In this document: positions 25,326 to 34,545 of the stretch, one piece after another
Layout: each line of letters starts with the position of its first letter
Numbering within the stretch: the stretch's first letter is position 1
The notes under the pieces: generated by a model
What the model was told of the DNA's origin: nothing
What the model saw: the letters and a program-made list of their open reading frames with translations, nothing else
Databases searched by the model: none
Made by a program: the position numbers and the translations under genes
Source: an uncultured Coprobacillus sp.
GTDB lineage: Bacteria; Bacillota_I; Bacilli_A; Erysipelotrichales; Coprobacillaceae
NCBI GenBank assembly: GCA_964637725.1
Contig: CAZWXH010000001.1
Coordinates: forward strand, 1 to 52,932
Length of the DNA stretch: 52,932 bases
Reading direction: 5' to 3'

Positions 25326-25965
25326 CCACCTTTTTATCTAAAGATATTTTTACATTAAATCCATAGTCAACTTTTGCTTGTTCAACAATAATTGGATTTC
25401 CATTTTCATCAACCAATCCAGTTGTATCTATTGATTTAGATTCATTGATCTGATATCCAGAATATGACACATCAGTATATTCACTATGTTTCTTTAAAGT
25501 TGTAACATATTTTTCAATGTTTTGAACATTTTGTGAAGTTAATGAAGCAGTTAATAAATTAGTGTTTCTATCAAAAGAGATAGTTTTTAATGAAATTCCA
25601 TTTAATAAATCAGTTTTTAGATATGTAATACTTTTCTTAGTTAGGGTTGGTAACCCTGATAAAGAATTATCTAATTGTTCTAATGAAGTATAAATACTTT
25701 CTAATGAATGAAGTTCATTATATGGCTTTTGATCAGTAGAATCGATTTTTAATTGAATGACTTCATTATCAAGAATAGCATTATTTAACTTATCAGTCAT
25801 ATCCATCTTCATTAAATAGATAGTCCCAAAAGCAATCGCAATAATACCAACTAAAATCATTGGAACAGCCATTATTTTCATTGTATTAGATAGTTGGGAA
25901 CTCCCATCTTTTCTATTATAAGCAGCAAGTAGATCTAATTCTTTCTTTGAGATCTTATAAGACAT
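25318..25965 (-). CDS. pilN: PilN-like pilus alignment protein
   Basis: Bitopic protein with one TM (MAVPMILVGIIAIAFGTIYL), between the PilM-like and PilO-like genes. Overlapping stop/start. Confidence 0.5.
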   Translation of the reverse strand: MSYKISKKELDLLAAYNRKDGSSQLSNTMKIMAVPMILVGIIAIAFGTIYLMKMDMTDKLNNAILDNEVIQLKIDSTDQKPYNELHSLESIYTSLEQLDNSLSGLPTLTKKSITYLKTDLLNGISLKTISFDRNTNLLTASLTSQNVQNIEKYVTTLKKHSEYTDVSYSGYQINESKSIDTTGLVDENGNPIIVEQAKVDYGFNVKISLDKKVGE

Positions 25966-25977
25966 ATTATTCCCCTC

Positions 25978-26880
25978 CTATCTTCTAAGTAAATATCCAA
26001 CTGGATAAACATAATTGTTAATATCAAATTGTTCATTATTATCTTTAACAGCATAAATAGATTTACTATTAGGTAACACTTTTGCTGAAATATCTAAAGT
26101 TGAACGAATTCTTTCAAATACATGACCTTGTATATCTGAATCTAAACCAAATATATAGATATCATTCATAATTTGATCTCTATGGCTAGAAGTCGCAAAT
26201 TGTTTTAACTGAGAAACAGTACTGACAATCTCTGTTTCAAACTCTTCAGTTCCCTTATTCGCAAAAATACGAGATCGATTTGTTAAACTATAATCATTGT
26301 TTGCGAATAAAACACTGACAACGTTATTACCATCAACATGCATTAAAGCATATGTTTTATCAATAAACCCTGTTAAATTCTTAGTTAATGATATTAAGAC
26401 ATTAACTGCATAATCAATAGATAAAATCTCAATACCAACATCACCAAAAGCATCAAGATAATCTTTTATAAATTTTCTTTCAACACCTACACATAATATT
26501 TGACTTGCTTTTTTATTCTTTTCATCTTCATTTAAAAAAGCATAATCAAATATTAAATCTTCACTATTACTATCTATTAAAGATAATTCATCTTTCACAA
26601 ATTGTAAAACTTCCTTTTGTTTCATCGTTGGAATAACAGCAGGTTTTGCTAAAATCTTTGTACTATCAACAATCAACTTAACTTCTTTAATTCCTTTTGA
26701 AGTTAAAGTCTTTAAAACATTTTTCAGTTCAATATCATTAATAATAACACCATTAAGCATTGTCCCTTCTTTTAAAGGCAAATGATAATAATCTAAAACA
26801 CGAACAACATCTCTTTTCATTTCTCCTACAACAACTTGTATATCTTCATTTGAAATATAAATAATATTTTCCTTATTCAT
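25978..26880 (-). CDS. pilM: PilM-like actin-fold pilus assembly protein
   Basis: 300 aa cytoplasmic protein directly downstream of pilC. The call rests mainly on size and position; the ATP-binding motifs are weak. Confidence 0.55.
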   Translation of the reverse strand: MNKENIIYISNEDIQVVVGEMKRDVVRVLDYYHLPLKEGTMLNGVIINDIELKNVLKTLTSKGIKEVKLIVDSTKILAKPAVIPTMKQKEVLQFVKDELSLIDSNSEDLIFDYAFLNEDEKNKKASQILCVGVERKFIKDYLDAFGDVGIEILSIDYAVNVLISLTKNLTGFIDKTYALMHVDGNNVVSVLFANNDYSLTNRSRIFANKGTEEFETEIVSTVSQLKQFATSSHRDQIMNDIYIFGLDSDIQGHVFERIRSTLDISAKVLPNSKSIYAVKDNNEQFDINNYVYPVGYLLRR

Positions 26881-26891
26881 GTTTTATCCTC

Positions 26892-28085
26892 CTAGCTTCC
26901 TGCGCCAACACTTCCATATAATGAATATAACGGAAGCATAACTGAAATAATAACAATACCAATAATAAAACCTAATATAATAATCATTAAAGGCTGGAGT
27001 AAAGTTACCATCTTTTCAGTTGCCATTTCAGCCTCATAATCAAAATCATCTGCTATGTTTGTTAACATATCATCTAACTTACCACTTTCTTCACCTATAT
27101 AGATAGAACTTGCAAGCTTATCATCAAATCCATCTACAGAAGCAATGGCTTGAGATAAATTCATACCATCACGAACATTCTTAATTACTTCATCAAATTG
27201 AGATTCGATATAAGTATTATTAATCGTTGACTTAGCAAGTGTTAATGAGTTCAACATAGAAACACCACTTGTATATAAAGAACTCATACTTCTCGCAAAT
27301 CTAGCTGTATAAATAATACTTGTTAAATGACCAGCTTTAGGCATTTTGACTTTAAACTCATCCCATTTTAATCTAACACTAGTGACTCTTAGTGACATTG
27401 TAATGACACAAATTAAAATTAAAGTAGCAATAATAAACCATACCCAATGAGCAGTTAATGCTCTAGAAATCGCAAACATGACTTGGGTAACCATAGGAAC
27501 ATCATGTCCCTCAAACATTTCAAAGAAATTAGGTAAAATAGCAGTAAATACTGCAATAACAACAAATACAGTCACAACAACTAAGATCATTGGATACATC
27601 ATTGCACTTCTAACTTTTCCTTGAAGCTTATAATCTTTATTAAATTGAACTCCTAACTTTAATGATGTTACATCCATCATACCAGTAGATTCAGCTGACC
27701 TAAACATATTAATCATTAATAGAGGAAAAGCATTTCCTTGAGCTTCTAAAGCAGCTGATAAAGAAAAACCTTGTTGTAACTTAACATAAACATCTTTATA
27801 AATCTTTTGAAGAAGAACATTTGGTGTTCTTTTCACTATAATATTCATAGCCATAATTAAAGAAATACCTGATGACAACATAGTTCCAAGTTCTCTACAA
27901 AAATCAGATAAATCATTTGTCTTAATCTTCTTATTATTTGATTTCTCAACAATCTCTTTTGCTTGTAAAAGATATAAATTCTCAGAACGCAATAAAGCGA
28001 CAAGTTCTTCTCGAGAATTTGTCTCAACCTTACCATTAAATTTCTTAGAATTTATATCCTTTGCAATATACTTGAACATTGCCAT
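26892..28085 (-). CDS. pilC: Type IV pilus platform protein PilC/GspF family
   Basis: 397 aa with two repeated GspF-like cytoplasmic domains and three TM segments. Confidence 0.85.
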   Translation of the reverse strand: MAMFKYIAKDINSKKFNGKVETNSREELVALLRSENLYLLQAKEIVEKSNNKKIKTNDLSDFCRELGTMLSSGISLIMAMNIIVKRTPNVLLQKIYKDVYVKLQQGFSLSAALEAQGNAFPLLMINMFRSAESTGMMDVTSLKLGVQFNKDYKLQGKVRSAMMYPMILVVVTVFVVIAVFTAILPNFFEMFEGHDVPMVTQVMFAISRALTAHWVWFIIATLILICVITMSLRVTSVRLKWDEFKVKMPKAGHLTSIIYTARFARSMSSLYTSGVSMLNSLTLAKSTINNTYIESQFDEVIKNVRDGMNLSQAIASVDGFDDKLASSIYIGEESGKLDDMLTNIADDFDYEAEMATEKMVTLLQPLMIIILGFIIGIVIISVMLPLYSLYGSVGAGS

Positions 28086-28097
28086 AAATTCACTCCC

Positions 28098-28865
28098 CTA
28101 TCTTAACCCAAACATTCCTAAATACATATCTAGAATACTTTGACCATACAACAAAGCAACAAACATTCCAAAACAAATATAAGGACCAAAAGCAATATGT
28201 CCCTTTTTATCAATCTTATGACTGATTAATAAATAACCAGCATAAATACCAGCAATCACCACAGCAATAAACATTCCTACTAATACCATTTGCCATCCTA
28301 AGAATAAACCACATACAGCAAGTAACTTGATATCCCCTCCACCAAATGAATCAGGAATAATCAAATTCAAAACATATAAAGGTGCACTAATCACAAAAAA
28401 ACCAATAGCACGATCAACTATACTCATATCCATAAAACCAATACTTATTAAAGCAACAAATAAACAGCTTATAACTAAACCATTAGGTATAATCATTATA
28501 TCATAGTCAATCATAAAAATCGCTAATAAAATTATCGAAAATGCAAAAGAAATCAATGTCATAGCATCAATTCCATACCTTTGGAAGCATAAACATGCTA
28601 AAACACCACCAATAAACTCAATTATTGGATATCTAGCCGATATTGGTTCACCACAAAATCTACATTTACCACGTAAAAACAACCAACTCAATACTGGTAT
28701 CATATCATATGGCTTTAGCGTATTATGACATTTTGGGCAAAAACTTCTCCCTTTTGTAAAGTCTAATTCCAGAGGTACACGATAGATGACAACATTAATA
28801 AAACTTGCAATACATGTCCCTATCACAAAAGCATAAACATATAAAAATATCATTATTGGTTCCAT
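28098..28865 (-). CDS. pilD: Prepilin peptidase (A24 family) PilD
   Basis: N-terminal CPKC..CRFC zinc motif. Polytopic membrane protein with GGGDIKL and a second Asp region. Confidence 0.9.
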   Translation of the reverse strand: MEPIMIFLYVYAFVIGTCIASFINVVIYRVPLELDFTKGRSFCPKCHNTLKPYDMIPVLSWLFLRGKCRFCGEPISARYPIIEFIGGVLACLCFQRYGIDAMTLISFAFSIILLAIFMIDYDIMIIPNGLVISCLFVALISIGFMDMSIVDRAIGFFVISAPLYVLNLIIPDSFGGGDIKLLAVCGLFLGWQMVLVGMFIAVVIAGIYAGYLLISHKIDKKGHIAFGPYICFGMFVALLYGQSILDMYLGMFGLR

Positions 28866-28893
28866 TCTATCTTCCTCCCTATTAAAGTATGAA

Positions 28894-28912
28894 ACCCTCT
28901 CAAAGAGAGGGT
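28894..28912 (-). terminator. Hairpin (probable partial terminator/attenuator) between pilA and pilD
   Basis: Minus-strand ACCCUCUC-uuu-GAGAGGGU followed by UUCAUACUUU, 20 nt after the pilA stop. Confidence 0.55.
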
Positions 28913-28932
28913 AACAATTTTAAATATAAAAT

Positions 28933-29379
28933 TTAAGGTGCAGCAGTAATAACAACATCTCCATTAGGAGTCAATACTGCTTTTTCTCCACCAGTAAAAA
29001 TAATTGTATAAGTCGTCACTGTTGAGACATCTCCGCCTGCAGCAAGTCCTGCTACATCGATATCTTTTATCAAAGTCTTCTTCCCTGTTTCAGATTTATT
29101 AACTTCTTCCATTGCTTTTTTTAAAGCTCCATCTTTACCTGTATCTAAGTCATCAGCAACAATACCAGCAGCAGAAGCTTGCGCCTTAGCTAACTCAGTT
29201 TGAGAACTAATAAATGCTCCTCGAGCCGTAGACATATATTTAGCATTATCTGCCTCCCCCATGTATTTCAATACTGAAGGCACAGCAACAGCCATTAATA
29301 CAGCTAAGATAACTACAACAACAATAATTTCAATTAACGTAAAACCTTTTTTATTCTTCATAAGTTTTTTGATATTCAT
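28933..29379 (-). CDS. pilA: Major type IV pilin PilA
   Basis: Leader MNIKKLMKNKKG/FTLIEIIVVVVILAVLMAVAVP. 148 aa. First gene of the locus, with a strong GGGAGGA RBS. Confidence 0.85.
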   Translation of the reverse strand: MNIKKLMKNKKGFTLIEIIVVVVILAVLMAVAVPSVLKYMGEADNAKYMSTARGAFISSQTELAKAQASAAGIVADDLDTGKDGALKKAMEEVNKSETGKKTLIKDIDVAGLAAGGDVSTVTTYTIIFTGGEKAVLTPNGDVVITAAP

Positions 29380-29405
29380 ATTAATATCCTCCCTTTCATA
29401 CTAAA

Positions 29406-29434
29406 ATTATAGTCCAATTAATATATAAAAGCAA
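29406..29434 (-). promoter_or_regulatory. Candidate pilA promoter
   Basis: Minus-strand TTGCTT, 17 nt, TATAAT, about 25 nt upstream of the pilA start. Confidence 0.4.
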
Positions 29435-29578
29435 TGAGTTTCATTCAATATTAATAGATTTTTATCAAGTTTTTTTGTAATTTTCATAAAACTTTTTAAG
29501 TATCATGCTTATTAAGTGTTGAAAATGAAGTTATTTTGATAATATGTCATGAATAATTTTACTATAATAGAAATTCGA

Positions 29579-29608
29579 TTGCTATATGACTCAATGGTAT
29601 TGTATAAT
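29579..29608 (+). promoter_or_regulatory. Candidate promoter of the divergent EAL gene
   Basis: TTGCTA, 18 nt, TATAAT (29603-29608). GAGGTG RBS follows. Confidence 0.35.
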
Positions 29609-29627
29609 GGAAACATAGAGGTGAGAC

Positions 29628-32624
29628 ATGATGACAACTCCATCAAAGAAAACAAATAATAACAATTATAATTACTCTAAAGACTGTGATTCTATGGTTT
29701 ATAGAGGAGATAATGTTAATCATATTAGAACATTATTTCATATGATTTCTATCTTTATTAAAGTTGATGATATAGCAACTTTTATTTTGGATGATAATCA
29801 AAAAATCTCTGGTTTTTATGATTTACATCAAACTATATTTGATAAGGATTTTTTTGTTTATTATCATGCTTATTTAAAAGAAGCAGAAAATCCTATTCAA
29901 TTAATTAATGAGTATTTTAATACTAAGAATTATATAGCGATTTGTTCTTTAGTGAATGAACAAGAAGTTGTTGGATATATTGTTTTCAAAAGAGTTGAAA
30001 AAGCTTTTAATATGGACGAAATAAATATAATGACTCAATGTTCTCATGTATACAGTCAATATTGTCTCGATATTAACCAATATAAGAATACAAACTTTGA
30101 AAAGAGTATTTATCATACAATGATTAATAACATTGATTCAAATGTCTATGTTACTGATCCTTACACATATGAAGTCTTATTCATGAATGAAGCGATGAAA
30201 AAGATTTATAATATTGAAAACCCTGTTGGAAAAAAATGTTGGGAACTTTTTAAGTGTGGTAGAGATAAGCCATGTGATGAATGTCCAGTTCCACGACTTC
30301 TTGAATCCCCTACTGATTCTTATACATGGGAAGAATCAAGTGATTATAACCAAAAGAATTATTTAAATCATGATTGTTTGATTGAATGGTTTGATCATTC
30401 TTTGGTTCATTTTCAACATTCTGTTGATATAACACATTTAAAGGAAATAACATTTGATGCTTCTTATGATGAACTTACTGGTATTTTTAATCGTAAAACA
30501 GGAAAAAGAATGTTGAAGAGTCAGTTGAATTTAGCAGCTGACAACAATAAAGAAACAATTGTTTGTTTATTAGATGTCAATGATCTAAAGAAGATCAATG
30601 ATTCTTTTAATCATTCAAAAGGTGATGAAGCACTTCGTCTTATTTCTTCACATGTCAAAAAACATATGAAAGAAAATGATGTTTTCTTTAGATTAAGTGG
30701 TGATGAATTTATAGCTTCTTTCTATGATTATAGTTATAGTGAAGTAAATAGTATAATGCGTAATACTTTAAGAGACTTAAGGCAATATGCTTTAAAGAAG
30801 AAGTTAGAGTATGATTTATCATTTTGTTATGGATTATATATAGTTGATGATTCTTACAATCTTACTGTTAATGAAATTATCAGCAATGCTGATGAGAAAA
30901 TGTATGAATGGAAAAAGAAAGCTCATTTAAGAAATGCTCAAAAAGAGTTAAAGAATAAACAGCCTATTGGTGAAGTCTTTGATTATAATGAAAAATTATT
31001 ATATAGTGCCCTTTCTAAGAGTACTGATGATTATATCTTTATCTGTAATATGAAGACTGGTGTTTTTAAATACACCCCTAATATGGTTGAAGAATTCAAC
31101 TTCCCTGCTCAAGTTTTACACAATGCTGCAGCAATTTTTGGCGCTAAAATTCATATGGCAGATAAATATGAATTTTTAAATGCTAATCAACAAATTACTG
31201 ATGGTAAATCAGATAGTCATATTGTTGAGTATCGTGCTTTAAACAAAGATAATGAATATGTTTGGTTACGTTGTCGTGGACATGTTGAATATGATGAAAA
31301 TAATGAAGCGGCTATATTCGCTGGTTTTATATCTAATCTTGGTCGTAAAAACTATCGTGATATATTAACAGGACTTTATAATAGATTTGAATTTGAGAAG
31401 GTTACTAATCAAAACATTGATGAAGAATATACTGTTATATTAATCAATATTAATGACTTCAAGAGTATTAACAATCTATATAATCGTGAATTTGGCGATA
31501 ATGTTCTTCGTATTATTGGTCAAAATCTTCAAACAATACTTGCTAATAAAGCCACTGTTTATAAATTAGATGGTGATGAGTTTGCGATTTTAACGAAGGA
31601 AACAAGTATTAAAAAAATTAAGAGTTTATATAATGAAATCTTGTCATATATTAATGAAAATCATACATATGATGATAAATCTTATATTCTCTCTATTACT
31701 GCTGGAGTTGCGCAAGCCCCTAAAGATGGTAATTCTTATTTAGATATTCAAAGAAGTTGTGAAATAGCATTACAATTTGGAAAACATAACACCAGAGATA
31801 AATTAACTTTCTATAGTGAAAAGATCAACACAAAAAGAACTTATCAAGTTCAACTTGTGAATACATTAAAACAATGTATTCAAAATAACTTTGAAAATTT
31901 CTTCCTTGTTTATCAACCAATTATTGATATCAAAAATCATTATATATGTAAAATTGAAGCTCTTTGTCGTTGGAAAGTTCCAATGTTTGTTGATATTGGT
32001 CCTGATCGTTTTATTCCACTATTAGAAGATACTGGCGATATCATTGAACTAGGATATTGGATTTTTGAAGAAGCTATCTCACATCTTAAAAAATGTTTAG
32101 AAACAAAACCTGATTTATCAATTAGTATTAATGTCTCATATATCCAACTCTCTGAAGGACAGTTTGTTAATAAGATTATGAATATCATTAATAAATATGA
32201 TGTTCCCTATCAAAATATTATTATTGAATTAACCGAGACATCAATCGCCAAGAATTCTCAATTTATCATAAAAGCTATCAACCAACTCAGAAGTCTAGGT
32301 ATAAAGATAGCTATGGATGATTTTGGAACAGGTTATTCTTCTCTTGCATTACTTAAAGATGAACCATTGGACATTGTGAAAATAGATCAATCTTTTGTTA
32401 AAGGTATTGAATCAAATAGCTTTAATCGAACATTTGTCAAACTTATTATTGAACTCTGTCATCAACTTCATCTTGCAGTCTTAATTGAAGGTGTTGAAAC
32501 AAAAGCTGAATTAGATGAACTTCTTTTACTGGATCCTGATTATATTCAAGGATACTACTTTAGTAAACCCTTATTAGAAGAAGAACATATAAAATCACTA
32601 CAAAATCAAGAAGTCACTTTATAA
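29628..32624 (+). CDS. Multidomain c-di-GMP phosphodiesterase: GAF-like / Cys-rich PAS-like / degenerate GGDEF (SGDEF) / PAS / degenerate GGDEF (DGDEF) / EAL
   Basis: EAL signature set is intact (EALCRW, INVS, ELTE, DDFGTGYSS, KIDQSF, EGVE, QGYYF). The GGDEF sites read RLSGDEF and KLDGDEF. Cys cluster CWELFKCGRDKPCDEC. Confidence 0.85.
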   Translation: MMTTPSKKTNNNNYNYSKDCDSMVYRGDNVNHIRTLFHMISIFIKVDDIATFILDDNQKISGFYDLHQTIFDKDFFVYYHAYLKEAENPIQLINEYFNTKNYIAICSLVNEQEVVGYIVFKRVEKAFNMDEINIMTQCSHVYSQYCLDINQYKNTNFEKSIYHTMINNIDSNVYVTDPYTYEVLFMNEAMKKIYNIENPVGKKCWELFKCGRDKPCDECPVPRLLESPTDSYTWEESSDYNQKNYLNHDCLIEWFDHSLVHFQHSVDITHLKEITFDASYDELTGIFNRKTGKRMLKSQLNLAADNNKETIVCLLDVNDLKKINDSFNHSKGDEALRLISSHVKKHMKENDVFFRLSGDEFIASFYDYSYSEVNSIMRNTLRDLRQYALKKKLEYDLSFCYGLYIVDDSYNLTVNEIISNADEKMYEWKKKAHLRNAQKELKNKQPIGEVFDYNEKLLYSALSKSTDDYIFICNMKTGVFKYTPNMVEEFNFPAQVLHNAAAIFGAKIHMADKYEFLNANQQITDGKSDSHIVEYRALNKDNEYVWLRCRGHVEYDENNEAAIFAGFISNLGRKNYRDILTGLYNRFEFEKVTNQNIDEEYTVILININDFKSINNLYNREFGDNVLRIIGQNLQTILANKATVYKLDGDEFAILTKETSIKKIKSLYNEILSYINENHTYDDKSYILSITAGVAQAPKDGNSYLDIQRSCEIALQFGKHNTRDKLTFYSEKINTKRTYQVQLVNTLKQCIQNNFENFFLVYQPIIDIKNHYICKIEALCRWKVPMFVDIGPDRFIPLLEDTGDIIELGYWIFEEAISHLKKCLETKPDLSISINVSYIQLSEGQFVNKIMNIINKYDVPYQNIIIELTETSIAKNSQFIIKAINQLRSLGIKIAMDDFGTGYSSLALLKDEPLDIVKIDQSFVKGIESNSFNRTFVKLIIELCHQLHLAVLIEGVETKAELDELLLLDPDYIQGYYFSKPLLEEEHIKSLQNQEVTL

Positions 32625-32636
32625 AAAAGTGACTTC
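32610..32636 (+). terminator. Intrinsic terminator overlapping the EAL gene stop
   Basis: GAAGTCACTT-tataaaa-AAGTGACTTC followed by AT-rich/T-rich sequence. Confidence 0.55.
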
Positions 32637-32735
32637 TAATATTTTATATTTTGGTTATAATATGTAGAAATAAATATAACCATTTGTATTGATTTATTTC
32701 ATAGATGAATTAAAATATATAACAGAGGTGATGAC

Positions 32736-33554
32736 ATGGATATTCTTATAGATACAATTAAAGATACAATACTCATTATTCCTATTCTATTTTTAATGTA
32801 TTTATGTTTGGAATACTTCGAACATAAAACACTAAAGAAAGACTATTCAACATACTTATATAAATATGGTCCCTTATTCGCATCATTTGTGGGGGTTATT
32901 CCCCAATGTGGTTTCAGCGTCCTGGCAAGTTTACTCTTTATAGAAAAAAAGATAACTCTTGGAACACTTATAAGTGTATTCATAGCAACAAGTGATGAAG
33001 CCATCCCTATTCTAATCACAAATCCAGATTTCTATCCTTCAATGTTTGCATTAATAATTATTAAACTTATCATTGCAATTGTCATAGGATATATTGTAGA
33101 TATATTATTTCAAAGACAAATGTATCAAGGAAAGACTCATATCAAGATTGATAACCATCAACATTCATTAGTTTATGAAGCTTTAGTAAGAACAATGAAA
33201 ATATATATTGTCATATTTATGATTAATGTTATCTTATCATTCATTATTGAACTTATTGGAACTGATCAGTTATCTTATATTCTCTTAAACAATAGTATGG
33301 TTCAACCTGTTATTGCAGCTTTGTTTGGCTTTATTCCAAATTGTAGTGCAAGTATTATTATGAGTCAACTCTTTATGAATCAATCATTGAGTTTAGCTTC
33401 CTTATTAGCAGGACTAATTAGTAATGCTGGTCTTGGAATTCTTGTCTTAGTTCAAAACAAAGTGAGACCTTCAATGATTTTTAGAATTTGTATGATTTTA
33501 TTTATATCATCATTAATTATTGGTTTACCTTTACAATGGTTCTATCTTCATTGA
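32736..33554 (+). CDS. Polytopic membrane protein, ArsP_2-like putative 10-TM metal/metalloid exporter family
   Basis: Duplicated IPQCGFS / IPNCSASI motifs in a ~10-TM protein. Family assignment is from memory of that signature. Confidence 0.5.
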   Translation: MDILIDTIKDTILIIPILFLMYLCLEYFEHKTLKKDYSTYLYKYGPLFASFVGVIPQCGFSVLASLLFIEKKITLGTLISVFIATSDEAIPILITNPDFYPSMFALIIIKLIIAIVIGYIVDILFQRQMYQGKTHIKIDNHQHSLVYEALVRTMKIYIVIFMINVILSFIIELIGTDQLSYILLNNSMVQPVIAALFGFIPNCSASIIMSQLFMNQSLSLASLLAGLISNAGLGILVLVQNKVRPSMIFRICMILFISSLIIGLPLQWFYLH

Positions 33555-33576
33555 TAGACCATTTTTTATATAATAA

Positions 33577-33603
33577 AAGATACTTGATAAATCCAAGTAT
33601 CTT
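33577..33603. terminator. Bidirectional terminator between convergent genes
   Basis: AAGATACTTG-ataaatc-CAAGTATCTT. Confidence 0.55.
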
Positions 33604-33611
33604 GATAATCT

Positions 33612-34397
33612 TTATAATTTATGATATATAGGTTTCATTTTATCAAAAGTACAATAATATTCAAAACCTAAGTTCTTTAATTCTTTTAAAACAAAATCAA
33701 TCTTACATCCAACATGACTTTCTTCATGAGTATCAGAACCTATTGTAATAATTTTACCACCTAACTTTTTATAAAGTCTTAAGATATCTCTTGAAGGTGT
33801 TAAATCTTCTAACTCATAACGAAAACTTGATGTATTCACTTCAATACCTTTATCATGTTGAATCACATGCTTTAAGATCTTTGTAATAATATCTTCGACT
33901 TTACTATCAGGATAAGTCCCCTGTTGATCATATCTCTTAATCATATCTAAATGACCTAATACACTATAAGAATCAAAATGAGTAATCACATCATAGATAG
34001 CTTCATAATATCCTCTATTGTATTCTTCTTGAGTTTTTCCTTTTTGATACTCTTGTGTCCAGAATTCTTTATCACCAACTTGATGATTAGATAAGATAAT
34101 AAAATCAAAAGGATACATAGAAAAATCCCTATTGTATAATTCAATTGTTTCTCTTTGAACTCCAAATTCACAACCAAACTTTATCACTATTTGATCTTTA
34201 TACTTCTCTTTTAATGTTTGATAACCACGATAGTAATCTTCATAATTAACTACATAATCACCCATAGTTCCATAATCACTATGTTCAGTGATACATATTT
34301 CATCTATCCCTTCCTTAATTGCTTTATGAATTAACTCTTCTATCTCATACGTTGAGTCATTGCTGTAATTAGTATGCATATGATAATCTGCCAACAT
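33612..34397 (-). CDS. Histidinol-phosphatase HisJ family (PHP domain)
   Basis: DYHMHTNYSNDS start motif, ITEH, GHLD and GSDTH metal-binding motifs. Confidence 0.8.
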   Translation of the reverse strand: MLADYHMHTNYSNDSTYEIEELIHKAIKEGIDEICITEHSDYGTMGDYVVNYEDYYRGYQTLKEKYKDQIVIKFGCEFGVQRETIELYNRDFSMYPFDFIILSNHQVGDKEFWTQEYQKGKTQEEYNRGYYEAIYDVITHFDSYSVLGHLDMIKRYDQQGTYPDSKVEDIITKILKHVIQHDKGIEVNTSSFRYELEDLTPSRDILRLYKKLGGKIITIGSDTHEESHVGCKIDFVLKELKNLGFEYYCTFDKMKPIYHKL

Positions 34398-34545
34398 AAT
34401 ATCATCCTCCTTTTTCTATATTATATATGAATTTAAATATATTACTATTTATTATCTCATTTTGAAAATAATCAATCAAAATATGAAAATATAATTACTA
34501 ATTCTCATTTTAAGATATAATAAGGACAAACAAGGAGGATATATT

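Noticed and set aside
29380-29627. Looked for a c-di-GMP riboswitch (class I or II) in the pilA 5' region, by analogy with C. difficile pilA1
   Set aside because: The predicted 5' UTR is only ~25 nt. The whole intergenic region is AT-rich and lacks the GACGCAAAGC or class II pseudoknot signatures.
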